Shown here piece after piece: positions 12,711 to 23,200 of a stretch of DNA of 64,000 nt (positions are counted from its first letter, which is position 1; each line of letters starts with the position of its first letter). The notes beneath the pieces are model-generated. The model was not told where the DNA came from. It did no database searches and saw nothing but the letters and a program-made list of their open reading frames with translations. The stretch is from Ruditapes philippinarum (lineage: Eukaryota). The stretch covers positions 1-64,000 of the forward strand of contig NW_026860638.1 in assembly GCF_026571515.1 (NCBI RefSeq), read 5' to 3'. Both the position numbers and the translations under genes were made by a program.

Positions 12711-15700
12711 TTATTGTGAAGCTTTAATTATTTCTTTAATCTTAAGTTTTGCTTTAGTCGCAGCGTTTCTTTCTATTTTTTGTGTAGAATTATACTCTGT
12801 ATTGTGTTTTATTTCACTCGGTTCAGATATAATTCTATTCTCTGAAGTTTCTAACGGATATAGTAAGTTTAACGGTCTCCCTATAACCCGACCAGACGAC
12901 AATCTGATTTTTGCGGACCTTATTTCTCCGTCGAAACTAGTTGGCAATTCGACAATTTTCCCAAGTTTCCAACAATTGCGTGGTAAATCTTCTTTTATAT
13001 GTACTACGTCACCAACAAATGGTGTTGTTGCTGATTGTATTCTACCACATTTTAGTTTTGACTGAGTTCTTTCCCTTAGACTTAAAAGGTAGTCATTACG
13101 CCATAATTTCCAAAATGAATCAAGAAGTTTATGACCTTTTCTCCACAATTTTAGAATATCAGCTTCAGAGCTTTTGAAAGGAAAATACTCAGAATCACTT
13201 TCGTCATTTTTCTGCAATTCAGGAAGACTTATATTCCATTTCAATGATAAGAAATGTCCAGGTGTAATTGTTATACAAGAGTCTATATCTTCCTCTACAT
13301 AAACGAGAGGCCGAGAATTAATAACAGACTCTGTTTCTTTTAACAATGTTTGAAGTTTAACACTTGTAAGTAATGTGCGACCAATTGTTTTACGAAGTGT
13401 TCGCTTTACAAGTCCTACTAATCTTTCATAATAGCCTCCCATCCAAGGTGATAGTTCGACTATAAATTTCCACTTTATTTTGGCATTTGATGCGTAGTTT
13501 TGAACATCTTCAGATATCAAAACATTTTTCAAAACATTCTCTAAAGTTTTGTTTGCCGCTTTGAATTGCAATGCATTATCGCTTATCACCATTTCTGGTG
13601 TTCCTCTCTGAGCAATAAATCTTCTAAATGCCAATAGAAATTCTTCAGTTGTCATATCTTCAACCATTTCTAAATGAACGGCTCTTGTCACTAAACAAGT
13701 GAATAAACATATCCAAACCTTCTTAGGGTCCTTTTCAGTTTTTATGAACAATGGACCAAGGTAATCAAGACCAGTTCTAAAGAATGGTGTTGATTCCGAT
13801 ACTCTTAATTTTGGTAAAGGTGGCATATCGGGCATTTTATAAGGCCCTCCTTCAACACGTCGACACGTGTAACATTTTTTAAGAACTGACTTAACAGTTG
13901 CACGACCTCGAACAAGCCAATAGTTGCAACGTAATTTACTCAATGTTTGAGACACACCGCTATGCAAAATTTCAGCATGTGTCTTCTGTATCAACAATTT
14001 CGTAAAAGCTTCATTTTTTGGAACTAATACTGGATATTTTGCTCCAAATGTGAGGTCTGAAAGTTCAATGCGCCCTTTACATCTGATAAGTCCAATTTTA
14101 TCTATGAATAATCCAAGTTGATGTTGCAAGTTATCCCTTTTATGTGTCTTCAATGCATTAAGGGTTTCGGCAAAATGTTTCTTTTGTATATGTTTTAGCC
14201 ATAGAGTTTCTGAATTTAGTAATTCGTCACTAGTGAGAAAACCTGATAATATGTTTGATCCTTTTCGAACATTTATGAGAAATCTTGTAACATATGCTGT
14301 CACCCTTAGTAGTTTCGTCATGGACGAATAATTATCAATGTTCATACCATAAGGTGCAAGATCCGAATTGACACATACATTCGTGATTGTATCATTTTCG
14401 GATGTGTTTACTTTAAAGGGAACAACGGCAACTGATAATTCATCTGAACAATTCTTGTTAATGTCATAAGTTGGCCAATCTGACTTTGGCAAGGATAACC
14501 AATTAGGTCCATGCCACCACATATTATTATTCTTTAGATTGGTAGTACTTGAACCTCGTGATGCTATATCAGCTGGGTTCTCGTAAGTTGGAACATATCC
14601 AATAGAGACATCTTCATATTTATTGATTTCATGCACTCTATTTTTTATGAAAACTGGTTGATCTTTCTTTGAATTTATCCACTGCAAAACACATTGTGAA
14701 TCGGTCCACAAGAATCTTTTATTGATGTTCAATCTGAGTTGATCATTCACAAAGCGTAAAGAACGAATTCCAATAACAACAGCCATGATTTCTAATTTTG
14801 GTATAGTGAGTGGTTTTACTGGAGCGAGTCTTGCCTTTGAAAAAATAAGCTCGGTTTTGATTTTAGAGTTAGATTCTTGATGAAGATAAATTGAACATGA
14901 GTATGCCTTTGCCGAAGCATCACAGAAGCATGCAAGTGTATTTTCAATATGTTCTTCATTTTTGTGATCTAACGTTACACAACGTTGTAACATACAATGA
15001 CTTATTTCTACCAAGTCATCCCTAATTGATTTCCATTCAGAGCTTTCTTTGTCATCTATTTCGTCATCCCAACGTAATCCTTTACTCCATAATGTCTGGA
15101 TAAGGATCTTTCCCTGTAGCACAATCGGAGAATATAGACCAAGCGGGTCAAAAACCGATGCAACCAATTTAAGAACATTGCGTTTTGTTTCCTTTCGTTT
15201 TGTATTTTCAGTAACAATAATTGGCTTGATTGAGAGAGTGTCTGTTTCAGTATTCCAATTATGTCCAAGCACCTTAATTATACCAGGATAAGCTCTATCT
15301 TTTGGTTGTATAAATGTATTAACTGATTCATCATTTGTTATCCATTCTCTCAGATTCATGGATATTTCATCAAAAAGTGACTTTGCATCTTTATAAAGTT
15401 GCATAGCTTCTGATTTCGAGTTTGTTCCAGTAACTAAATTGTCGACATAAATGTCGTTTTTCAGTTTTTGTGCTGTTTCACTACCGTTTGATTCAAGATG
15501 ACTTTCTATTGTAGCACCAAGCAAAAATGGTGATGATATGACTCCAAACGGCACTCTACAGAATCTATATTCTATTATGTTACTTTTTTCAAAAATGGGT
15601 TTATTGAAATCCTTAACCCACAAGAAGCGAGTTACATCCCTATCATTAGGCTGAAGGCCTATTTGTAAAAACGCTTTCTCTATGTCAGCGACAATAGCTA

Positions 15701-18485
15701 TCTTATGAAGTCGAAACCTCATAAGCATTCCACAGAGGTTGTGTAACATAACAGGTCCTCTATACAAGTTTTCATTTAAACTTTTGTCACTTTGTTTTGT
15801 TTTGGCAGACGCATCATACACAATGCGTAATTTAGTTGTTGATTTAGATGGTGTTACAACTGCATGATGGGGAATATAATGGACGAGACCATTTTCTCTA
15901 GTTTTGTTATCTACCTTTTCAATTATTCCTTTTTGTTTTTGGTCTTCGATCACATTATCATACAGTTTCATCATTTCAGGTTTTCGTTGCAATTTGGATA
16001 GAACAGATTTAAGTCTACCATATGCTAATTCACGATTGACTGGAAGAATTGGTTCTTCATCTTTCCATGGCCATGCCACTTGATATCGACCATCATTAAA
16101 ACTTAATGTGTCTTTAAAATGCCTCATGGCATTTTCATCATTAGAAATATCAGGATTGTCAAGGATACCAATCGACTCGATATTCCAGAAATCTTCTAAA
16201 TTTGGTTTAATGGGTATCGAACTATCAACACTTGTGAAAGTATTTGTATTTGCTGAGATATTTCCTTGAGTAAATATCAACATATTGATTTCTTTACTTT
16301 CTTCATCGTGATCATTCTTTGTACGTCCACTTAATATCCAACCACATTTTGAACTTAGTAAATATAATCCAGGTTGAATCTCTAATTTCTGACACAATAC
16401 TATATCTAAGTAGTAGTCATTTCCTATTAGCATTTCGATTTCACATGATTCATTTTCACTTGCAATTGTGTCAGCTAGATCAACAGTTTTCAGAATATGA
16501 TGTGCATTTTCTGAAAGCTGACCGATAGGTTTTCTTTGAATTGTGCCACTGATAACAGGCACTATGTTCACAGACATATCAAGCTGTTTATCACTTTTCA
16601 ACATAAGAGTTATGGACGATAACTTTGTTGTTATATGTTTTGATTTATTAGTACCAAAGGTCATAACATTTATCTCTTCTGTACCTTCTGCTTTCAAATC
16701 CAGTCGTTTTGCCAATGCTTCAGATACATATGAACGCTGTGACCCTGAATCAAGAAGTATTCGTATTTCTTGCTTTTTACCATTTTTTGGATTATTTACA
16801 GTTGTTGTCACTGTTTGCATAAGTATCATCTTATCAGATGAAACCATTCCAATTTCTGGTAAAATACGTACTTCTTGTGATGTTTCAGTAGCGTTTTTAT
16901 TATTGCATTGTTCATTGATCACTTCTCTTGATAGATGTGAACTTGTATTTGAAGCTTTGAATTTAGTTGGGCACAAGCTTCTGTGATGACTATTTCTGTC
17001 ACCACAATGTGCACAAATTTTTCCTCGTTTACATTCGGTTGATTTATGCCCGAATTTAAGGCAATTGAAACAACTATTTTTCAGCATTCTTTTTCTTTCT
17101 TCTATAGATCGGTACTTAGGGCATTCATCACTCCAATGCCCCTTTTCGCAATATCTACATAATGTAGAATAATCTTTACGAACAGTATTAGTGTTCACAG
17201 AGCCTTTTGTATTTCTATTATCAGCCATGAGAGCTTCACCGGAAGTTATTTTATTGTTTTCGCCATTGAAATCTCTTCTAGGTGTAGGTCCTTTGGGACC
17301 GTAACTAGTAGAATGTTCCCTAGGACCAAAACTATTATAAGGTCCTCTCGGGCTAAGACTTGATATCATCCCCTGTGGGTATCTTTGAACGTTATCACGA
17401 ACATTTCTTTGTAAACTATATGGTTTTAACTTATGTTCTACACTACAACTTTTCTTTTCAGATCTCTCACGGGCCACGATATAATCATTTAATCTATCAC
17501 GTAATGTTGCTAAAGTCCATTCTTTCTTAGATCCGTTAGACATCTCAAGATGTAACAGCACGTTTTCTGGTAGTTTTGCTCTTATCATAGCAATAAACAC
17601 ATCTTGATTGATATCTTGTCTTAATGCCTCTAAACTACGAAGATGTTTTTCGATTTGATCAACAAAACACCTAAGACTATGCACATTATTGGATGCACTT
17701 TGAATATTTATCAATTTGTTATAGTGCAAATCTATAACTTCCTGTGCATTTCCATATCTTTCCCGTAATAATTTGATAGCAACATGGTAATTGTCACCAG
17801 AAAGCTCTAAACCTGATATTGCACTTCTAGCTTCTCCATATAGTTTGCTTCGTAGATAATTGAACTTTTGAATATCGTAAATATCTTTGTTACTGTGAAC
17901 TGTGGTATTAAATGTATCCCAAAATTCACACCACTTCAACTTATCGCCATTGAATGAACACATGTCTAACTTTGGTAATTTAACGTTCATTGTTTTATCA
18001 GAATCTTTCTTTTCCTGACGTTCAAAAAAAGCTTGTTGCAACGTCATTTGATTCTCTTGTTGCTTCATTTGTGACACAACAAGATTTTGAAACTCATGTT
18101 GCAAATCAATCATTTCTTTATATTCAGAGGAAACATTTGGTTTTTCTTCCTCTTTTCGAAGCCTTTCTTTAATTCTTTTCAGATGCATTTGACAATCAAT
18201 TGCTTCTGAATATAATGTTTCATTCTCTTCAGCAATCGTTTGTAAAAACTCTGTATTTTCCGGTTCAGACTCGGATATTACAGAAACTAGTTTTTCCGAT
18301 TGCATTTCAATTTTTGAAACATATACATCTATTTTTTCAATGAAGCTCTCAATTGAATCAAGAGCATCACTACTTTCCATATCATAAACATCGGTATGGA
18401 CAAATTGTTTACCTTCTAAAATCAAATTAGAAAGTGTATTCCTAAATCTTGTTCGCACACCTTTGATATAAGGCACAGAAGACAT
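12711..18485 (-). CDS. gag-pol: BEL/Pao Gag-Pol polyprotein (DUF1759-type gag, three Cys/His knuckles, aspartic protease, RT, RNase H, integrase), 1924 aa
   Basis: KLPKLDMCSFNGDKLKWCEFWDTF. CRYCEKGHWSDEC / CFNCLKFGHKSTEC / CAHCGDRNSHHRSLC. LLDSGSQRSY (protease). ADIEKAFLQI...VPFGVISSPF...YVDN (RT). FCDASAKAY...KARLAP (Pao RNase H). H..ILHSG...CYTC, GLDYLGP, ISDNA, GGYYERLVG (integrase). Confidence 0.97.
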   Translation of the reverse strand: MSSVPYIKGVRTRFRNTLSNLILEGKQFVHTDVYDMESSDALDSIESFIEKIDVYVSKIEMQSEKLVSVISESEPENTEFLQTIAEENETLYSEAIDCQMHLKRIKERLRKEEEKPNVSSEYKEMIDLQHEFQNLVVSQMKQQENQMTLQQAFFERQEKKDSDKTMNVKLPKLDMCSFNGDKLKWCEFWDTFNTTVHSNKDIYDIQKFNYLRSKLYGEARSAISGLELSGDNYHVAIKLLRERYGNAQEVIDLHYNKLINIQSASNNVHSLRCFVDQIEKHLRSLEALRQDINQDVFIAMIRAKLPENVLLHLEMSNGSKKEWTLATLRDRLNDYIVARERSEKKSCSVEHKLKPYSLQRNVRDNVQRYPQGMISSLSPRGPYNSFGPREHSTSYGPKGPTPRRDFNGENNKITSGEALMADNRNTKGSVNTNTVRKDYSTLCRYCEKGHWSDECPKYRSIEERKRMLKNSCFNCLKFGHKSTECKRGKICAHCGDRNSHHRSLCPTKFKASNTSSHLSREVINEQCNNKNATETSQEVRILPEIGMVSSDKMILMQTVTTTVNNPKNGKKQEIRILLDSGSQRSYVSEALAKRLDLKAEGTEEINVMTFGTNKSKHITTKLSSITLMLKSDKQLDMSVNIVPVISGTIQRKPIGQLSENAHHILKTVDLADTIASENESCEIEMLIGNDYYLDIVLCQKLEIQPGLYLLSSKCGWILSGRTKNDHDEESKEINMLIFTQGNISANTNTFTSVDSSIPIKPNLEDFWNIESIGILDNPDISNDENAMRHFKDTLSFNDGRYQVAWPWKDEEPILPVNRELAYGRLKSVLSKLQRKPEMMKLYDNVIEDQKQKGIIEKVDNKTRENGLVHYIPHHAVVTPSKSTTKLRIVYDASAKTKQSDKSLNENLYRGPVMLHNLCGMLMRFRLHKIAIVADIEKAFLQIGLQPNDRDVTRFLWVKDFNKPIFEKSNIIEYRFCRVPFGVISSPFLLGATIESHLESNGSETAQKLKNDIYVDNLVTGTNSKSEAMQLYKDAKSLFDEISMNLREWITNDESVNTFIQPKDRAYPGIIKVLGHNWNTETDTLSIKPIIVTENTKRKETKRNVLKLVASVFDPLGLYSPIVLQGKILIQTLWSKGLRWDDEIDDKESSEWKSIRDDLVEISHCMLQRCVTLDHKNEEHIENTLACFCDASAKAYSCSIYLHQESNSKIKTELIFSKARLAPVKPLTIPKLEIMAVVIGIRSLRFVNDQLRLNINKRFLWTDSQCVLQWINSKKDQPVFIKNRVHEINKYEDVSIGYVPTYENPADIASRGSSTTNLKNNNMWWHGPNWLSLPKSDWPTYDINKNCSDELSVAVVPFKVNTSENDTITNVCVNSDLAPYGMNIDNYSSMTKLLRVTAYVTRFLINVRKGSNILSGFLTSDELLNSETLWLKHIQKKHFAETLNALKTHKRDNLQHQLGLFIDKIGLIRCKGRIELSDLTFGAKYPVLVPKNEAFTKLLIQKTHAEILHSGVSQTLSKLRCNYWLVRGRATVKSVLKKCYTCRRVEGGPYKMPDMPPLPKLRVSESTPFFRTGLDYLGPLFIKTEKDPKKVWICLFTCLVTRAVHLEMVEDMTTEEFLLAFRRFIAQRGTPEMVISDNALQFKAANKTLENVLKNVLISEDVQNYASNAKIKWKFIVELSPWMGGYYERLVGLVKRTLRKTIGRTLLTSVKLQTLLKETESVINSRPLVYVEEDIDSCITITPGHFLSLKWNISLPELQKNDESDSEYFPFKSSEADILKLWRKGHKLLDSFWKLWRNDYLLSLRERTQSKLKCGRIQSATTPFVGDVVHIKEDLPRNCWKLGKIVELPTSFDGEIRSAKIRLSSGRVIGRPLNLLYPLETSENRIISEPSEIKHNTEYNSTQKIERNAATKAKLKIKEIIKASQ

Positions 18486-18503
18486 TTTATTTTATTGGTT
18501 GTT

Positions 18504-18521
18504 TCCCGGGTTCCGGCGCCA
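18504..18521 (-). promoter_or_regulatory. Primer-binding site, tRNA-Phe-like
   Basis: The - strand reads TGGCGCCGGAACCCGGGA 5 nt inside the 5' LTR boundary. It matches 16/18 of TGGTGCCGAAACCCGGGA, the complement of the metazoan tRNA-Phe 3' end as recalled. Confidence 0.75.
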
Positions 18522-18526
18522 CTCAA

Positions 18527-19225
18527 TGTCGTGAATTTCCTTTTAATTGTATTTTATAATCCAAGACATTGGAAGAAAGAACACATTTCCTTCTTGAATA
18601 TTAATTTAATTTATAACACAACACGTTTTAATCCAATTAAACTATTTTATTTAATCATCACAAATATAATCCAATTATTTGACTTATTTGACTTAAACAA
18701 TTTCATTTAATAATCACAAATATAATCCAAGTATTTAATTTAACAACCTTTATTAACAAATCAGTCTAACTTATTTTATTTCACCCACAATTAACTATAT
18801 TTATGTCCCTATATATATAGCAAAACTTTCCCGCCTTTATAATTAAGCATGGCAAGAAAAACATGTAAAACATGAAAACATAAATATCTCGTGCACAATA
18901 ATTCACCGTCGGAGAACTAAAACAATAGGTTGCACGTGAAAAACCTTGAACTGACTGATAAAACACGTGCAAACATGAATACATAAATATATCGTGCACA
19001 ATAATTCACCGTCGGGGAACTTAAACAATATGATTACTAAATGCACGTGAAAAACATTGAAGTAACTGATAAAATACGTGAAAAATGCTACTATATCTTC
19101 ACCGTCGGATAACTTAACAATAAACTTTAAAGACACGGTGATATATCATGTAACTTACAAAGAAAATATTTCTTGATAAAAATAGTAGTATATTAAAATA
19201 CATGTATATCGCAATATCTGCGACA
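18527..19225 (-). repeat. 5' LTR (699 bp) with TATA-like TATATATA (~18810-18819) and tandem U3 repeats
   Basis: About 9 substitutions and 2 single-base indels versus the 3' LTR. Followed on the - strand by the PBS and the gag ATG. Confidence 0.96.
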
Positions 19226-20299
19226 CCCTTCTTTTCCCCAATCTTTTGAGAAATATTTTTAGGAAGACGGTAAAAAGCTTTGATCCAAATCTGTTTGAAC
19301 GTTGACGAGCTTTATACGTATAAACAATTATATAGTGAACGTTATTCTTTGGTAGATAAGAAGGCTAAAGCAGTGAAAAAGAAATGAAAACAAGACCCAC
19401 GAGGAAGGGGTGCGTTAAACGCACCCCAACAAAAATTAGGAACACAGGTTATAGGCGATTAATGATAAATAACCTTTTTAACTTCATATATTCTATTATG
19501 GAGATGTGCCTTTTGTATCTTTTGTACAAACAAAAAACAGAAACATAGTCTGCATACGTGTTTCTTGAATATACGGACATTTATACAGAACGCCTTGTCA
19601 TTTCTCAAGCACGCATGCAAGCACAGTAACACACGTACATATCACTTTTTAACAGTAGTTGTCACGCCCGGTTTAGGGTATTCTAAATTAAATTTAGAGT
19701 GATGCCTCCGATCAATACTATTCAAAGCCTTGTTAGTGTTTTGTCATGGTCAATTATCTCATTATTCGAATCTTAATCGAAACAAAATATGAAATGATGG
19801 AATATTCTCTGTCAAATACAGGTTCAGAAGTGATTTGTGCTGAAGAAGAAAACAAATTTAGATTAAAACAAAATCAACAGAAGGTCAGAGATTATCTCAA
19901 TATTACTATTTGATATTATAAACCTAAGTTTTAAAACTGATTTTTTAGCTGTAAATTCTATTTATTAATTAAATGGTTATGTTAATTAAAGGCAGAATTG
20001 CTATTTCATTAATTTTTAAATAATGTTTAATTCATTACAATCGACAAAGCAGCGTTTCGTGGATGATAGCGACCCAGTAGTGAAGGTGTTGCAGTCATAT
20101 TGTTTATTCGCTATAGGCAGTGTACATCTGTGTCTGTCTGATAATTTTATTTATTTTATTGTGAAGAGGTTCTCAATTACTTTTTAACTCGGTGTTTTTT
20201 CTGTTTTTTCAAGTTTTACTATATGTTACAAAGAAATTTGCATAACTAGATTAGAATAAATATTAATTAATACAATTTTACTTGAAGAAATATCAAACG

Positions 20300-23200
20300 A
20301 TGCATTTCTTTTCAAGTGGATCTGTTCTTATGGTATCGGGCTTTTTCATTGCATGCGTTGTCGTTTTGAATAGTATCGCCGACGGAATCAAATTTGTTGA
20401 ATACAAAACGGGTTTTAATCCAAATTTGAATTTGTATATATTGCAAGCAACAAGCGGTATAAGCAGAATTACATGTGGAGCTTTATGTGACGAAAAGGTA
20501 AATACATAAGTTTAAAATATTTCTCTTCAAATATATAGTTGCCAAAAGATTTATACAGTTTTTATCATCACAATCTTTTCCAAATTATCATAATTTTAAT
20601 GTTTCAGGTCCTTGGTAAAGTGTAATGCAGTGCTTACCGAATATTTATTTAGATATGTATATATTGCATTTTGTTATCATGTTTTCGCGGGTGTTTCGAA
20701 GGTTGGTCATCCACGGTTGCCCCTCGCTACGAATGAAGCAGCAAGACACTTTAATATGTAAATGACAGTTTAGAGTAAATTTAAATTTTTGGCACATCAT
20801 AATTTATATCTTTGAAGATGTATTTTTAAAAGCTATGTTTTTTTTATTTCATTTGCAAAACTGTTACGAAGCAACGAAAAATTACAAAAGATAAGTCAAG
20901 AGCTGAATGGAAGCAATGAAACAGTTACCTTGTACATTCTTAAGTCCTTATCTCTGATATTGTCCTTTGCGATATTTGATGTCATGTAGAATTTAAACTT
21001 CTAAATGCATTGCTAAATAACATATTTTGTTCTTTTCATTGCCTTCTATAAACCAAATTTGCATTTTTATTTATTTATTTATTTATCTTTTTTATTTATT
21101 TTTTTTTCAAAATTGTTCTCGGGAGACTTGTTCCATTTTAAGACTGTCATTAAGCCGTAGTTGTAACCAAAATATAATATAAATGTACACCAGACAGTCC
21201 GATTCATATACCGGTATATGTTGCCGCAAAGTGGGGCTGCCATTTTTCTATTTTATTATTTATGTCTTATAATCATCACGGCACTGCAATGGTCAAACGG
21301 CCAATATCCAGCCGAAAATAGCATGATTTATTCCTCACGTGCAATTTGATCCCACAGCATTGAAGAGTCAGGTGAGTTAAAGTCGACCACATCTACCACA
21401 AATCCTCGAGGACGCTAAAATGAGATTAAAGAATTTAAAAAAAATGTTAGTTAGATAACTATAGCCTGATGAAAATGAAAATAGACATCTTATTAAAAGG
21501 TAAAGTCGCTTCAAACTTATGCTATCTAAATTAAGATTCAGTTTGTTTAGCTTGTATCCAAGACTTTGCAAAAAATAAATATCAATACGATGCCAAAATT
21601 TGAGTATTATTTCAAAATTTCGGATTTATCTCTAAGGTCATGAGGGCAGAGATTTTCATTTAAAATTTATCAAAATCTATTTTAAACCAGGAATGCAAGT
21701 CATTCATTTACGACGAGTCGGCAAATCAATGCACGGTGTACAGCGTATTCATGACTGATGACATTGCTGTGGCGATTGGTAGATACTACATAAGATCAGA
21801 TGAAGTGAAAGGTTTATTCTTTATTTTACTAAATAACCATTGTTTGATACTGTAAAGAATGAACACATCGGAATAAATGTCGAGAAAACAAAAATTATAT
21901 ATTTTTTATTTAGAGGACATATATTTTTGAAAAGATCACAATTTGCATGATCAATCCCTCGCGAATTGTTTTGATTATAGAGAAAATAAGATATGGCCAT
22001 ACATTCACAAAACAGATTTTTTATTACATACGTTAACTACATAAAAAGTGCAAGCGAATAAAACTGTGAGCTAAGGATTACAAACCCAATCTAGAACCAT
22101 TTCGTTTGCTTCTGACTTTTTTTCTGAAAACTATATTGGAAGCCTGTAGTCAAGGGGTAACATTCTCGTTTAGGATGAAAGAAGTCTGTGGTTCAAATCC
22201 CAGTCAAGGCAACTGATGTTTTTAATGACTTTTGAGCGAGTATAACTTTTTTCTTAAGTAGTTGGCCGCGATATGAAATGACATACATGTAGTATGGCTG
22301 TAATAAGAAATGAACAGAAATGATATTATAATGCAAGTTAGAAACTCTGGCCATTCAAACTTCCGTATGTATAAAACTCAAACTGTTATAGCGAAAAGCC
22401 TAGACGATGAAATTATTTTAAATTTTTAGAGTTTGTTTATAAATATAAAGATATTTTGTATTTAAGTTTTGACAGATTTCCAACATACGAATACTGGTTT
22501 TAGTTAAGATATGTCATTTTTGAGCCTGTGAAAAAAGGAGTTTATTTTATGCGCATGCATTTATCTCAGATGGAAAATGTCAAACACAATAAATACGTGT
22601 TATTTACACTCTTCTGTAAATTGAATATTGTAAAAGTTCAAATAGAAAATATAGAAAAAGATATCTTCAATGATTTTTAAAAAAAAAACAAAAAAACATG
22701 TTTTATGTGCAATATTATTTCCTTTTAATATGCTATGGTGATTGAAATTTGAGCAAAGATTTAAAGATTGGTTGTGGCATAATAATAAAAAAAATCTGAT
22801 GGTGAATTTTTTTTATATTTGAAAAATAAATGTTTTATTTTATCTAGCTATAAAAAAGTTATAAAAACCTGTAATTATCCGTGACCGTTAGAGTCTATAA
22901 TCCTTAAGATTTGGTAATTTACATTGATCGATTAATAGTAAGAATTATTTTGTTGAACAATAAGGACCGTTTTGTTTATTAACTTAAATTTATTTAATGA
23001 CGGCAAAGTATACATATCTTTAATCCGAATTGAAAACGATGTTAAGAATTCTGACGGCCATGTTGATTTGATTTCGAAAAAAAATCTTTACATATGCGTC
23101 TCTTAAACAGCTGATGTTGAAATAGTTACCATGGTTGCCATGCTTTACATATAATTATGAAATCTGTAATAATATTACAGAACCTCTACTGTACTTTGCG

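Larger units (their letters stand above)
10262..19225 (-). mobile_element. Full-length BEL/Pao (Belpaoviridae) LTR retrotransposon with an additional 3' ORF
   Basis: Two near-identical LTRs bounded by TGTCG...CGACA, 5-bp TSD CCCTT at 10257-10261 and 19226-19230, PBS, and a single uninterrupted gag-pol ORF with BEL/Pao domain order. Confidence 0.97.
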
